A stretch of DNA of 57,312 nt, counting the filler, from Sphacelaria rigidula (lineage: Eukaryota): the NCBI GenBank assembly GCA_964200075.2. It is 5 parts of 5 records of this genome, joined end to end, with 100 filler letters (N's around TTAATTAATTAA, not from the genome) between each part and the next. Parts side by side here need not be neighbours in the genome. Positions count along the whole stretch, not along the records: positions 34,449 to 45,830 come from CAXNAA020004993.1; positions 45,931 to 57,312 come from CAXNAA020004994.1; 3 more parts are not named here. The stretch is one strand, 5' to 3'. Within the stretch, counting starts at the first letter, position 1. Each line of letters opens with the position of its first letter. The position numbers and the translations under genes were made by a program. Positions 35,098 to 48,120 of this stretch are shown here, in pieces. The notes beneath the pieces are model-generated. The model was not told the origin of the DNA. It was given only the letters and a program-made list of their open reading frames with translations, and searched no databases.

Positions 35098-37189
35098 GCC
35101 TATATAAATCATCAGGGTAGATTCTAGGCGTTTCCGTGATGCATCTCTCATCTCCACGGACATCGCCGTTCGTAAGTTACAGGCCAGGATGCTTGGTACC
35201 ACCCCTGCTGAACCATCGTGGAGGAGAGTGCCTTCATTTTGTCCCCAGATGGAGGGATTTTGTCGTTCTCTTCGCTGACGACAAGATCAAAATATTTCAA
35301 TTCCGAAGCAACCTCCATTATATCTAGCGTCGTCCGAAGTAGCCTACAATAGGATAGAAACGGTAGATAACAGTCCTTTTGGTACGGTATATATCACCCG
35401 TAAAGGATGGCAATTCCTCCCTCACCTGCCGAGGCATGCAACCCCAGGCCAAATCTCACTTCATATTTTTTGCTCTGTAAGCATACTTGTCATGGAAAAA
35501 AATCGGGGTCTTGATCAGTTGTGCAATACTCTACGTTGAACCTGGCAAAAAGAAAAAAAATGTGTCGTGCTTGATCGTGTATCTACCCTGATGCCTGATG
35601 CAAGTCTTGACAAAGCGACCCACCGATACTCTGCCATCGTTGCAAAATCATTTATACATGTGTTTACAGTGCAGCGCTAGTACTAAAGCAGCTGAAGCAA
35701 TTTCGATGCCGCCACCGAGAGTCAGGTTGATGTAAGGCTCGACACATATTAGCGGCTCACCAATATTCCATGGCCCTCCAGCCAGTCCGGGTTATGTGGC
35801 CGTCGCAATAGCGTATGTGTGTGTACAATGCGGCATCTGTACTGAAGAAACGCAATTTCCATGCCGTCAACGGATGCAGATTGACGCAACTCTGACAAAA
35901 ACCAGCGACTCACCGATAGTCCGAAGCCTTCTAGCTGACACAGGTTATGCCTGAGGGGCATTTATACTGAACGTCGGTCAGAATTCAAGATGGAGTTTGA
36001 CCGACTAGATCTTGGCCTGACGCTTCCTCCATCTGGCGAGCTAGATGTCGACAGGATGATTGATTATTTTTCGATTTCGATTGACAACATCAGACCCGTT
36101 GTCAAACTGATAGGACTAAGAAAAGCTGCGCTTTACCTACACGACGTACTATTGATGTCACATCAATGATACTGTACTAATAATGTGTGGTATATCTATG
36201 TGTAGGAAGGACTTTCTCGATGCTTGTGGTCTATCTTTGATGCCGAACTCGAAGCGGCCACGTAATCCACGGGTACCAAACTCATAGGACAAACCTAGTG
36301 TGAGGATATATAACCGTGGAACATGGCCATAGGTGGGTAGCGACTACAAAGCTAGCCATCCGCTTGCGCAAATCACGGGGGGGAAGGCCAGAGAGTGGCA
36401 CCCAGGTTGCGTTGCATTCAGGTAAGCTTTCCTAGCGGCATGTCCCCGTATCTGCGTAGACTATGACAATTCTCATTGTAGAAGGTATGCTTCACACATC
36501 GGTGAGAGATATGTTCTGTTGGGCACCGTAGCGTGCAAGAGTTCCTGCGCAAGAACACTCCTGTAACCGCAGGCACCAGGTGCAGGCGCTAGGGATTGTG
36601 CAATGCGTATTCTGGCGTCTAGAGTCAGTAATAGCCTATTTAGCCGTATGAAGTGAACCTCCCACTACGTATCCTGTACCAGTCAGGCATTGGTGCTGTT
36701 CTTTCTCTCACTAATTTCATGCGCGAGTGTTATACCTGGTGGTAAATCCTTCGGTGTTGCACCTCGCGTACTGGTTTATGATCCACCCTGCACCCCTCAA
36801 CCATGTGCAAAGATTGACCCCCCCCCCCCCATAAGTCTTCCATCCTCAGGGGCAGCAGTTATGTAAAGTACAGCACACTATCCTCTTGCGATCACGTAGT
36901 TAGAAGGCTTATATGGCTTACGTAAAGTACAGATATCATATTAATATGTTGATTTGTCCGGTCGTGCTTGGACTGTCTCAATAATGCAGTGCGGTGCTGT
37001 TGCCGCTTGGCCGAGGTTGAGGCGGCGTCCAATTGCAGACGTTACGATATATAGATGTAGTACGGAATCCAATCGATACGGAAGCAGATAGTAGAGCAGC
37101 CCAGATGTACCGGAAGGTACAGACCGGTGTCCAGAATAAATGGGACAACACACTACTTTATACCCTGCTGTGTACATTGGTGCTGTGCT

Positions 37190-37750
37190 AATATGCCCGC
37201 GAATGAAGGCCTTACCGACCAAAACTCCGTTGCCCACAAAATATCAAATGAACGCGGAGGGCTATTGAACACGTATTGAAGGCGTCATAGACTGGTCGGA
37301 CCTTTGCAGAACCTCTGCCGAACATAACACACGCTACATCCCAAGTTACCTAGGTTCACAGCCCCCCGTACACACACTAGACCTATTCAGTGTGGCAGCG
37401 GAGTTGCTCAGTTCGCCACAGGGGATCCGAGAAGCCCCAGAACGATGGAGGAAACGCGTTTTCAGTACATTTTGGCGGTTTGCAAAGTGATGCGGCCTCC
37501 GCGGCACGCGTTACGGAAATCCGCGGCCACACTCAATAGATCTGGTGTGTGGGAAGCGCCCGCATCAAACCGCAATCCAATCCTCTGCGTCGTTAACGAG
37601 AAATCTGCGTTGAAAGATGAGCACAACAACATACTGCAACGAGGGGGGTACAGCAACAACACGAGCTGCAGCTTCTATCGTATTGTTGTAACCTTCTGTA
37701 CATGTCGGTGTACAGCAACGTTAGTCACAGGTTTGTTGTAGATTGTACGA
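37190..37750. repeat. ~560-bp segment present again, inverted and diverged, at ~39030-39668
   Basis: For example GAATGAAGGCCTTACCGACCAAAACTCCGTTGCCCA (37201) mirrors 39623-39658, and AGTCACAGGTTTGTTGTAGG (~37723) mirrors ~39039-39058. Confidence 0.85.
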
Positions 37751-37760
37751 TAGTATTTTC

Positions 37761-38295
37761 CAAGGTTGTGTTCTGTAGGGTACGTTTCTCTCTATACCCG
37801 GGGTATTTTGCCGGGTATTTACCGTACCCGACAGCTCTGTGACTCCTACAAGTCTTGCGTACAGGTACCCAATAGTTATGTATCTCTGGAAGACTCCCGT
37901 AACGTTACCGGGGGTACGGATACGCTCTTGATGATATATCTGATTGCGGGTAGTGTTTTCTGTTAGTTCTGTAAGCCTCCCATACTCTCACCCGACAGTT
38001 GTGTGAGTTCTGTACACAATGTTTACCTGTAACCGGGGCGCGGGTGTGCTCTTGAAGAAATACTCGATTGCCGGTACCGTTTACGTAAGCCTCCCATACC
38101 GTACCCGACAAGTCCTGCAATTTCTGTGAGGCTTTCATCCAGTACCGGTACCCGACAGTTCTTTGAGCTCTGCAAGTCAGCCATGCCCCTCCACGGGGTG
38201 AGGGTATACCGTAATAGATATACCCGATTGCAGGTATGAGCACAGGTAGATACCTTGGGGAAGTACGGATGTAGGTTCAATCCAACACAACCTCA
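37761..38295. mobile_element. hAT-like MITE (CAAGGTTGTG family), copy 1
   Basis: Left TIR CAAGGTTGTGTT; degenerate right TIR AACACAACCTCA. Internal TACCCGACAG..CTGT subrepeats. Confidence 0.75.
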
Positions 38296-39715
38296 TGGCC
38301 TCAACATGTACTTCCTATGGATCAACCCACCCAACGCCTTCATTCAAAACTGCACACCAACAATAATTCAATGTTGAAAAGCTCTTGAGCTTGGGATCTG
38401 ACGGGATACGACGTACCGCGGAGTTGAAACACGAAACATGAGCAGCACTGCAGACCGTCAGGATGGATCACCCCCAGACTCGAATGGTGGCTCGAGCGGG
38501 CCCGGTTCATCTGCGCCACCGGGAGATCAAGTAGCAAGGCGCACATCATCGACGTTGATGGTGGTTGTGTCGTGGTCATCAAACCCCAGGCCGTTATCGA
38601 CATGTACAGCACAGACTATGAGCTGCCACCGAAAGTTGTTGAGGCCGTCGGCGATTTCGTCGCGTGCCGAAGGGCTTCCAGAGAACGGGTAGCCGTGAGG
38701 GCTTCTTCATGTACTCTCTAGTGTACGTGAAGCCGACAGATGATAACGATCCTGTGCACATGTACTATTAATACTGCGATTGTTCGTGTAGTCTTTTCTC
38801 TATCAATCCCGTGAAGTCGTTCAGAGTTTTCGTGAACTGTCATCTGTATATTGCCATTGCCCGTGAATGGGGCCCGATTTTGGGCACCATATACCGGGAA
38901 AATGGACCGTCCAACTACACCGTCAGTAGAATGCAGGAGAAATGAACCCTGAATGAGCCATCAGTATCCATCACAAGTACACGTGTTACTCGAAAGGACG
39001 ACGGCGCCCATACAAAATGTACTAATGCTATGGTACATCCTACAACAAACCTGTGACTGACGTTTGTGTATACCTGTACACAAGGTTACAACAACAGGAT
39101 GATAGAAGCTGCAGCTCGTGTTGTTGCTGTGCCCCTCTTATTGCAGTATGTTGTTGTGCTTATCTTTCAACGCAGATTTCTCGGTAACGACGCAGAGGAT
39201 TGGATTGCGGTTTGATGCGCGCGATTCCCACACACCAGATCTATTGAGTGTGGCCGCGGATTTCCGTAACGCGTGCCGCGGAGGCCGCAGCACTTTGCAA
39301 ACCGCTGCACCTAACATGGAATGTACTGAAAACGCGTTTCCTCCAATGTTCTAGGGCTGTTCGGGTCCGCTGTGGTGAATTGAGCAACTCCGCCACACTG
39401 AATAGGTCGAGTGCGTGTGCGGGGGGCTGTGAAGTGCCACAGGCCGGCTTGCGTCGTGTCTCGAGAACTATGCGATGAAAAAATTACAGCTGTTGCATAC
39501 TAAACCTAGGTAACTTGGGATGGAGCGTGTGGTATGTTCGGTAGAGGTTCGGCGCAGGTCCCACCAGTCTATGACGTGATCAAAACGTGTTCAACATCCC
39601 TCCACGTTCATTTGATCTTTTATGGGCAACGGAGTTTTGGTCGGTAAGGCCTTCATTCACGGGCATAATTGTTGCAGTGACGTAGGTCCCACCACGGGGG
39701 TGGTTATAATAATAC

Positions 39716-40211
39716 CAAGGTCGTGTTCTGTAGGGTACGGTTTTCTGTATATCCGGGGTATTTTGCCGGGTATTTACCGTACCCGACAGCTCTGTGAACT
39801 CTGTGAGATTCCCATACCGGTACCCGAGAGTTCTGTAATCTCTGTAAGACCTTCATACCCGTACCTGATAGTTCTGTGAGTCCTGTGAGACTCCCGTATC
39901 GTTACCGGGGGGCACGGGTATGCTCTTGATATGATACCCGGTTGCGGGTACGGTGTTCTGTGCAACCTCCATACCCTACCCGACAGTTCTGCGAGTTCTG
40001 TACAAAAACTTTATCCTAAACCGAGGGGCGGTGCCGATTCTCTGTAAGCTTCCAATACCGTATCCGACAAGTCCTGTAATTTCTGTAAGACTGTCAAACC
40101 GGTACCCCGACAGTTCTGTAAGTTCTGTGACTTGCATACCGGTACCCGACAGGTCGTGTAAGTTCTGTAAGACTTTCATACCCTACAGAACGTAACCGTA
40201 CCACAACCTTG
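39716..40211. mobile_element. hAT-like MITE (CAAGGTTGTG family), copy 2
   Basis: CAAGGTCGTG...CACAACCTTG, with the same subrepeats as copy 1. Confidence 0.8.
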
Positions 40212-41142
40212 GTATTTTCAAGGTACTAACACTGCTGCTACTACCAGGCCATAGTGTTGGAGCCGTACCACTTGCCAGACTACGAAATTGCTCTTGACTG
40301 CTGGTTTGGGGTTTTCTCTCCCTCTCCCCCAGTTAAACCTGAAGTTGGAGATGACCCAAATGAAGTATTTTCGGCCGGCCGTTGCTGGATGATGGCGTAT
40401 TTCATCAACAATCAGCTACCCGCTCAAACAAGAGCATGCAGTCAGCATACGATTCATATCCGGTAAATTCAGCGGCGCACAGTCCTCTACCTGCCCGTCG
40501 GCGGACTTTTTACCCACAAACTCCCACCACCATATCAGGGCAGCAGCGTGATGTCTCGGCGATATTGATTCAACAGACACCCCAGGCCATCAGGCCTTTC
40601 TGCGCGACAAGTGTCGACCAAATCTGCGCGTCAGGATAACATGTACGGTACTGTGTTGTAGTTGCCGGCGACTTGCCCAAGCTGATGATGGTAGATGGCG
40701 GCCATTTCGCCCCTGAATACGCTGCCCCATCGACTGGTCGGGGTACACAAGAGTTGTGTATAGCGCCATTGCTGCACCGGTGGGTCGTGTCGTAGCGTGC
40801 TAGTGGTTCCCCTGATATTCCTCGCTGCTTGTTGGTGTTTGTGACGTGTACGGCGGAGGACGCGAAAATGCGCTCGGAGGAGCCCGGGCTTTCATCGGTC
40901 GAATTTTGACACCGAAAACATGTTTTCGTTGCAGTTAATTTCCGAACTTCTACGAGCTGGGCCAGCAGTAAACCCCGCATTTGCATGTCACACCACAACT
41001 TGTCAAGTTTACCAATTCAGCCCGACTTGGGTATATGGGTGTGACCTGCAGACCAACGAGGTGACGCACGAGACCGCCGCTGAATGTTTTTTTTTTCAAG
41101 GTACTGCATAATGTACCACCTAACCGACGGAACAAAAAAACA

Positions 41143-41285
41143 AATCCGTTGGGATTCGAGCCCGTGACCTCACTAACTGGAGTCAATTGCATGACTTGGA
41201 TTAAAGGAGCGCAGCCATGCCACACGAAAAGTTGGATGCTGCGCCAAATTTCTGGATTTTTTGGCTGAAATTGCACCAGGATCTC
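41143..41285 (-). repeat. Dispersed repeat carrying a Pol III B box (SINE-like)
   Basis: Minus strand reads GACTCCAGT..GAGGTCACGGGCTCGAATCCCAAC. Homologous to 52168-52312 (+), which reads GAGGTCACGAGTTCGAATCCCAGC. Confidence 0.5.
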
Positions 41286-41719
41286 CCCCACACAAGGTCG
41301 CACAACTACTCTAGGGATGCCCCTGTGTTTCTTTATTTTGAAGTAATTATAGCTTTTCCCTTAGTTTTTGCAGAAACTTCAAATCGATTCAACCTGTTTT
41401 TTTTCTGTGGCATCCCCGGGAAAGTCGTGCGTAGTGATGATGAAAATGTTGGGTCAAAATCTCAGCTCCCACCGCTTCGGATTACCCACCACCCGGCTCG
41501 GAGACACTCGCAAATCACTGTCAGCTGGCCCAGCTCGTAGTCACTTCCGCCCCTGGATACCTTGAGTGCCCACCAACGTGCGTAAGCACCCGGCCTCGTG
41601 TAATTGCATCGGCAACCTGGACAGAACTGTCTGAAATAACGTGCTAGTTGCTGTTTGCTAGTCGGTTTGTCGGTCCAATCTCTTTTGGCGCAATTGGTTC
41701 AGCTTCAGCAGGAAAGAAT

Positions 41720-42211
41720 CAAGGTTGTGTTCTATGGGGTACGGGTACGTTCTGTAGGGTATGAAATTCATAATAGAACTTGCAGAAATATCGGATACCG
41801 GTATGAAAGACTTTCAGAGCTTACATAACTATGGGGTGGGATATGGGAGGCTTACAGAAAACCGTACCGGCAACCGGGCATTTCTTTGAGGGTATACCCG
41901 CGTCCCTGGTACGGGCATGGGAGACTTACAGAACTCACAGAAACTGTCGGGTAGGGTAGAAGGTTGAACAGAAAACCGTACCCGCGACCGGGTTTCTTAT
42001 CAAGAGCATGCCTGTGCCCCCGGTAACGGTTCGGGAGACTTGCAGAAGTCACAGAACTATCGGGTGAAGTATGGCAGTTTTGTAGAGGTTACAGAACTGT
42101 CAGGTACCGGTACGAAAGTCTTACAGAAGCGATAGAACTATCGGATACGGTAAATACCCGGCAGAATACCCCGGGTATACAGAAAACCGTACCCCACGGA
42201 ACACAACCTTT
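41720..42211. mobile_element. hAT-like MITE (CAAGGTTGTG family), copy 3, opposite orientation
   Basis: CAAGGTTGTGTTC...GAACACAACCTT. No clear TSD. Confidence 0.75.
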
Positions 42212-44172
42212 GAGAAACGCATCCATATTTTGTGTGTCAGTACACGGCTATTAGACATGCAGGGCTCGAAGGGTCGATGCCATTTCATGTGCAGAGATGA
42301 AACTCGTACCGCTGGCGACATTAGGTTGCGGATCACGTGCGCGCAACAGCCTTACTGTAATCTATGATCAGTCATACACGCTTCTGAGTTGTGATCTGCT
42401 AGTGGAGTATGATAGTGTACGGTGAGCAGGTTACCCAGTGTGCCATAGGATATAACTGCCGACGAAATCATGTACATTTTATTAAAAGTGCCGACAAGAA
42501 AGTGTTGCTCGCATGTAGTGTTTGAAATCATTCGAAAAGGCTGCAAAGTAATCTAGATCAAGGCATCCCAAATGAGGCATTCGAAAGTCGTGCCCAAAAT
42601 AAAGATCACCTCATTATGTTGCTATGTAGTGACTGTGTGCACGGCGGCCTTCGAGCGACATTTGTATCGGCCTTATCCCTCCGCTCTAACCCTGGAGCTG
42701 TGATTATTTTTGGATGTATCCTGTAGGATAACACGCGCAACGTTAAAATCAAGTCACATAGCCGCCGCACCCCGGTGGTGTAAATTAATATGGTCGAACT
42801 GTCACCATTAGGGTGGAGAGAATGTGGGATCGATCTCCGATGCGTTAGGCTTTTTATTTGATCTGATTTTCACCGTGGAGTCTAAAGCGTGAGTACGTGA
42901 ATAAAAACAAACGCTGCTTGAGTTTGTTTGACGAGAGTTGACGCGGTGCAGAAGTGCTGATAGTCATGACCCAACCCGCGAGACCAACATGCAAGGCGTG
43001 TACCGGGTAGAGATGGGTTGATCACTTGAGAACATTAGATCATTAGAGCACGGACTTGTCCCGAGGGAAGAGTGGGGTTAAAAGCGTCACAAAAAAAAAT
43101 GAAGAACGAGGAATAACCTCGCACTGCTTCCGTCCTCATCGCTCTCACCTGATGTGAATCATGATGAAATATCTTTGCCCGAGTGCTCGCTTAGAAGCGC
43201 CGTCCCGGTCGACGTCGACGACTCAGCGCATTACCGAATACGCATGCTGGAGTGCACTACATTGCATTGCACTGGACATGGATTTTTTTGTAGAGTAAAT
43301 CACACCGCACAGCACACCCCCAAATAATCCATCCGTCAATCTTCTCAACATAAGATTTTCTCGCAGAGCATTCTCCATTCCCACTGGAAGTTGCTGGAAT
43401 CGGTAGACATCGGAGAGAGCAAACAGGTCGTTCACGGGAGATGCTTCCCAGTTTGTGTCGGGGCAATAAGTGGTGAAACCCCATTTTGTGAGGATTGTCA
43501 GTCGTATTATGGTCCAAGAATACCGCCTTACGGGTGCAGCGCAATGCACAGGTGTAACACACGAAACCTGAGCGTGGATAACTACTCACCAGGAGGATCG
43601 GGATATCTTCGATCAAGCAAAATAAAATAAAAATCCGCAGAACCAAAGCCTGCGGTTGAATACTTTCGGCACCCCCGACGACCGCTCAGGGTTAGCCCTT
43701 CATTCGTTCGAAATTGTTCGTGGAAGCACATGATTTACTGCTGAAATTTGTTTGGAATACCAACATATTTCCGTCCCAAAAATTGAGATGAAATGTTTAC
43801 TGCAAAAAAACCCTGTAAAGCTTACTTTCTACCGAAACATATCTGTTTGAAATGACGACCGTTATACATGGACTCAAAATGACTTGATACATGGCAATAC
43901 AAGGTCTCTACGCATCCGTGTAACTGAGGGCTTTTCGCTTTCTTGAGCGGCACCCATCGTCTCCTACCTTGTGAAGCTGCACCTTGAGGGACACAATATG
44001 TACATCACTATTAAAGGTCTGATATGTATCCACTTACGAACTGCTCTTCGCTTGCTCGGACCGAGCGGATCAAGTGTTACAGTACAGCTGCATTTTCCCC
44101 TCACATATGCCTAACCCCAAAGCCGATCGCGATCCGTGTTGTTCCGCTATCGTCAGCCACAGCTAAGGAAGT

Positions 44173-44301
44173 ATGTCGGACCCTTACGGCCGCCCAGCAG
44201 TGGTAATCGACAATGGTACCGGTTACACCAAGATGGGATACGCCGGAAATGTGGAGCCACAGTACATCGTGCCCACGGTAGCAGGCTTCAAGGCCACGCA
44301 G
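44173..44301 (+). CDS. ARP3: Actin-related protein 3, coding exon 1
   Basis: [43 protein letters not shown], with the ARP3-type DxGTGYTK motif. Donor GT at 44302 (alternative donor at 44278). Confidence 0.92.
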
Positions 44302-44806
44302 GTACTCTACTGCCCTTGAGCGTTTGAGCAGTTGGCTCTTTTGTGCCTGTTCCTTCTGTTGCAGAATCTTCGTCAACGTGCCGGCCTGTATCTCGCCGGT
44401 TTGTCTTTGGGTGAAGATTTTGTTGTACGTGGTCTCTTCCTGGTGCGGAAAACGTGCAGACCTTGCACAACGTGTGGTAAAAAGTTTCACTGAGAGAAGA
44501 AACTATTGACCACATGTTGTCCAGTAAAGGAAAATATGTCTAACGCGACCGCTATCAGTTCCGACCGTATGTCGGAGATCAGTTGTTTGCTTGATTCCGG
44601 GGGCGAATGGTGTTTCATGCTGGGTACCCGTGTACAGCATTTCTCGTCAACCCGTCCGTTATGTTGTGCTGGTGGTGTGAAGCTCTCTTGTTGTTGTGAA
44701 ATCGCTGTGGTGATGACCGCGTTCTGTCCTTCGTGTCCTGAGATACTACGATCGGCGTAATTATGCGATGGATTGGCTGCCGTGATGCTCCTTCGTTTGA
44801 TATCAG

Positions 44807-44926
44807 GGAGGACTAGAGGGGAAGCGGGATGGACTGGAAGACTTGGACTTCTACATGGGCAACGACGCCCTCAAGCACAGCACTACTCACCAGATTTCAT
44901 ATCCGATTCGCCACGGTCTCATCGAG
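44807..44926 (+). CDS. ARP3: Actin-related protein 3, coding exon 2
   Basis: AG/GT bounded, phase 0. Reads GGLEGKRDGLEDLDFYMGNDALKHSTTHQISYPIRHGLIE. Confidence 0.92.
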
Positions 44927-45515
44927 GTGCAGCATGCCGCTAACACCAAGCTATGGAGTTGATGCGATTCTCCGTTGTTTGTCTCCTTGGGTATTCTTTC
45001 TTACAAGTAAGGACGGTAAAAGCGAGTGTACAATATTCTCGGTGACGTTGTGTGTCTCTCTCACTTTGGTTGCAGGTCATTAGTCAAGATGACATGATGC
45101 GGTTGAGTTGAAACCGTTTTTTTGCTACATTCCTGCAACGAAAGTGTCTAGTCAGCTGTGTCATGATTACGGTGTGGACGAAGAGAGATGTCGGTTGCCT
45201 TCTGCGAGAAAAACGGTCCCGAAATCCTACTCTGCATGCCGAGGTTGTTGTCAGAAGTGGCCGGGTAAGGGGGGGAGCAACAAGCCTAGCCACGATCGAG
45301 GCGACCGCTCCACGCCAGCTAAAATGGTCAGATCGACGTCATGCTGTAAATGGCAGGACAGACACATGCCATGCGGGGCAATGGTGTGATGATATGCAAT
45401 GGAATATGGAAGTACCTGGTATTCACGCAACGGCTCAACAATTGATGATCTTGGCCTAGTGTTTGGTTATTCAAGAGTGCTGCCTGCTGTTCCTGCTGCT
45501 CTGGCTATGGTGAAG

Positions 45516-45631
45516 GACTGGGATAACATGGAGCGCATGTGGCAGCAGTGCCTCTTCAAGTACCTACGGTGCGAGCCGGAAGAGCACCACGTCATGCTTA
45601 CTGAGCCCCCGCTTAACACACCAGAAAACAG
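45516..45631 (+). CDS. ARP3: Actin-related protein 3, coding exon 3 (gene cut by the contig end)
   Basis: DWDNMERMWQQCLFKYLRCEPEEHHVMLTEPPLNTPENR, the ARP3 signature. GTGAG donor at 45632. Confidence 0.95.
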
Positions 45632-45830
45632 GTGAGCTGTCCGTTCGCTTCAGGTGAACTCTGCAAGGTATTTTTCCTGCCGGAAATGGTATTCACGATG
45701 CCTTGTTTGTTTTTGGTCGTCATGGTGAAGGATCTCACAAGAGCGGCTTGACTACGACTCTCGTGTCTCCTTCGCCGTGACATACTGTACAGTCTGTGGA
45801 GATGGGGACAGCACCAGCTCGGGACTGGAC

Positions 45831-45930
45831 NNNNNNNNNNNNNNNNNNNNNNNNNNNNNNNNNNNNNNNNNNNNTTAATTAATTAANNNNNNNNNNNNNN
45901 NNNNNNNNNNNNNNNNNNNNNNNNNNNNNN
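45831..45930. other. Artificial contig linker
   Basis: N44-TTAATTAATTAA-N44. Confidence 0.98.
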
Positions 45931-46116
45931 TCTTCCATACAGCCCTATCAACTATAGCTGGCAACCTCTTTCTTTGCATGTTCTTTACGCTATACTGCCA
46001 TCGCAATTTCCTCAAGTCTCTGTTTTAAGGGAGTACATTCCCAACTCTGCTCTCAAACCGTGTTACTCGTCGTTTTCGAGCATCCAAGTATTTTCTTTGC
46101 TGCCATCTGTGGCTGC

Positions 46117-46354
46117 TGCCGAGATAGCCCCCCCCCCGAACCGGCCAAAAAAGTGCACGAAGGCGATGATCATAAATGCCGTTAAAGCTGATTTCGTGCT
46201 GCACGACGCGACTTATTTGGGCGTAATAGCTCATTTCGAACTGCCCCACGCCTCTCATATAGGCGAAATTGTGACAAACGAGCCCAACAGTGGGATCACA
46301 GCCGTTTTGTCGCACCGTCTCACGTGCACTTTTTGTGGGGGGGCTATCTCGGCA
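46117..46354. mobile_element. MITE-like element
   Basis: TGCCGAGATAGCCCCCCC...AAAAAGTGCACG mirrors CGTGCACTTTTT..GGGGGGGCTATCTCGGCA. Confidence 0.55.
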
Positions 46355-47877
46355 TGAGTCGAACGTAACGTGTAACGCAATGGCACGTGGAACGTGTATA
46401 TTCCTGAAATTATGAATGGATCAGGAAGTTCGAGTAGCCAAAACGATAGTTTCACACGATAAGTACATGAAAGATCCCGTGATCGCTTTACGTAATGTGG
46501 ACTGTGTATCTTTCACAACCCATTCCTCGATGTTAACGTTCTCATCTCTGCGACCGTCGACAAACTGGACAGATATTTTTACCATCTCCCACAGTCGAAA
46601 ATCGAAGACACCAAGACTTCGCTGATGTTTGGTATTTGAGAAAACTTACGCATCTCTCAGCCTGGAACCACCTTCTGTGCAACACGATTGGGATCTTCAC
46701 CGCCGGATCTTGCGTGAGGAATGATATACATGAACAGTTTCGAAAAGGATGAATGTGGCACCTCCTAACTTGTCACCAGCGACGCTGTCTACATCCTTCG
46801 ACGGCAATTTCCTCAGCGTTGTTTCCGATGAAAAGTATTGTTCCACGGCCGGGTCACCTCGTTGGTCAATTGGCTGTCGCAAAAAAACTATTTCTCGACG
46901 GACTCAACCGTGGTCACCAGGGAGATAAAAAAGGGGTATCTTGCGGAGGCTGACAAGTACCTTGTCGATGAATGTCCTGGTTCACGCACGAGCAGAGGCT
47001 TCGACTGGGTTGCGCTCCTCAAGAGGAGCTACATCAGAAGATGGGTCAGAGCATGACCGTTTTGAAATTCATTCGGGATATACCTAGCCCATTGGGAAGC
47101 TAATCGTAGCGAGCTCTCACACACTTCGCAAGTCGGTTTTTGGATGAGGCAGAGGGCTCCCAATAAGTTCAACCCGAGAAAATATGTGTGCATCACCACC
47201 GTAGCACCACTCGAGGTCGAATCGGTAGCAATTCAAAGGAGGGCAACCCAAAACCGAGTTAATGACCAGGGGTGTGACACCATTACCAACAGTTCACCGA
47301 TTGAATCTGTGAGAGCGCTCACTGGTTCAATGGGTAAACTGTTGTCTTCCTGTACACCTCGTCCCTCAACAACCAAATACTTGATGTATGGTCATCGGCC
47401 AACCCCAATAGAAACGAAAAAAGAGTAACATGCACTCGAAGATTAGGTGCAACTTGACCAGCAACCGGGTTTCATCAACTTACACAGCTCAACGCTCACC
47501 TTATCTGCGGAATTATCCCGGAATCATCCATGAGCCACCATTCCATCCCATTCCCACAAGTGCACTGACCTGCACATAGCTCGAGGTCTCAACATCCAAA
47601 TGTTTTCATCAAACCAGTGCCGTGCATAAAACAGAAATCGCTTCAGCAGGCATATACCTTGATTGGCCCCCAATCAGCACATGGAAAGTCAAGAATCTCG
47701 TATCCACCACGAACAAATATATATGCCAACACGAGCTTTTATTCGTACGCTTTGGCAATAGTAAATCAACGCCTCCAAAATACCATCACATAATATAGAA
47801 GTACCCAAGGTACCCCTGTAACGTGAAATATCACAAAACAAGAAACACCCAAGAAGACGGTTCACCAAAAGGTTTCA

Positions 47878-48120
47878 CACCCTGGATAATGACAAGATAT
47901 GGTCAATAGATGCAATAGACAAAACGTGTACTGGATAAAGTATACGCCTATTGCAACTCTTGACGGCCGACAACAGTTGCGATAGGTCTGTACTTTATCG
48001 AGTACACTTTTTCTCTGTTGCATCCATTGACCATATGCCGACAATAGGTGCAATAGGTCTATACTTTACCCAGTATAATTCTCGTCTATTGCATCTATTG
48101 ATCATATGTTGTCCACGGTG
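47878..48120. mobile_element. Palindromic MITE, related to 55206-55374
   Basis: ATATGGTCAATAGATGCAATAGAC mirrors GTCTATTGCATCTATTGATCATAT. Ends GTCCACGGTG. Confidence 0.6.
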
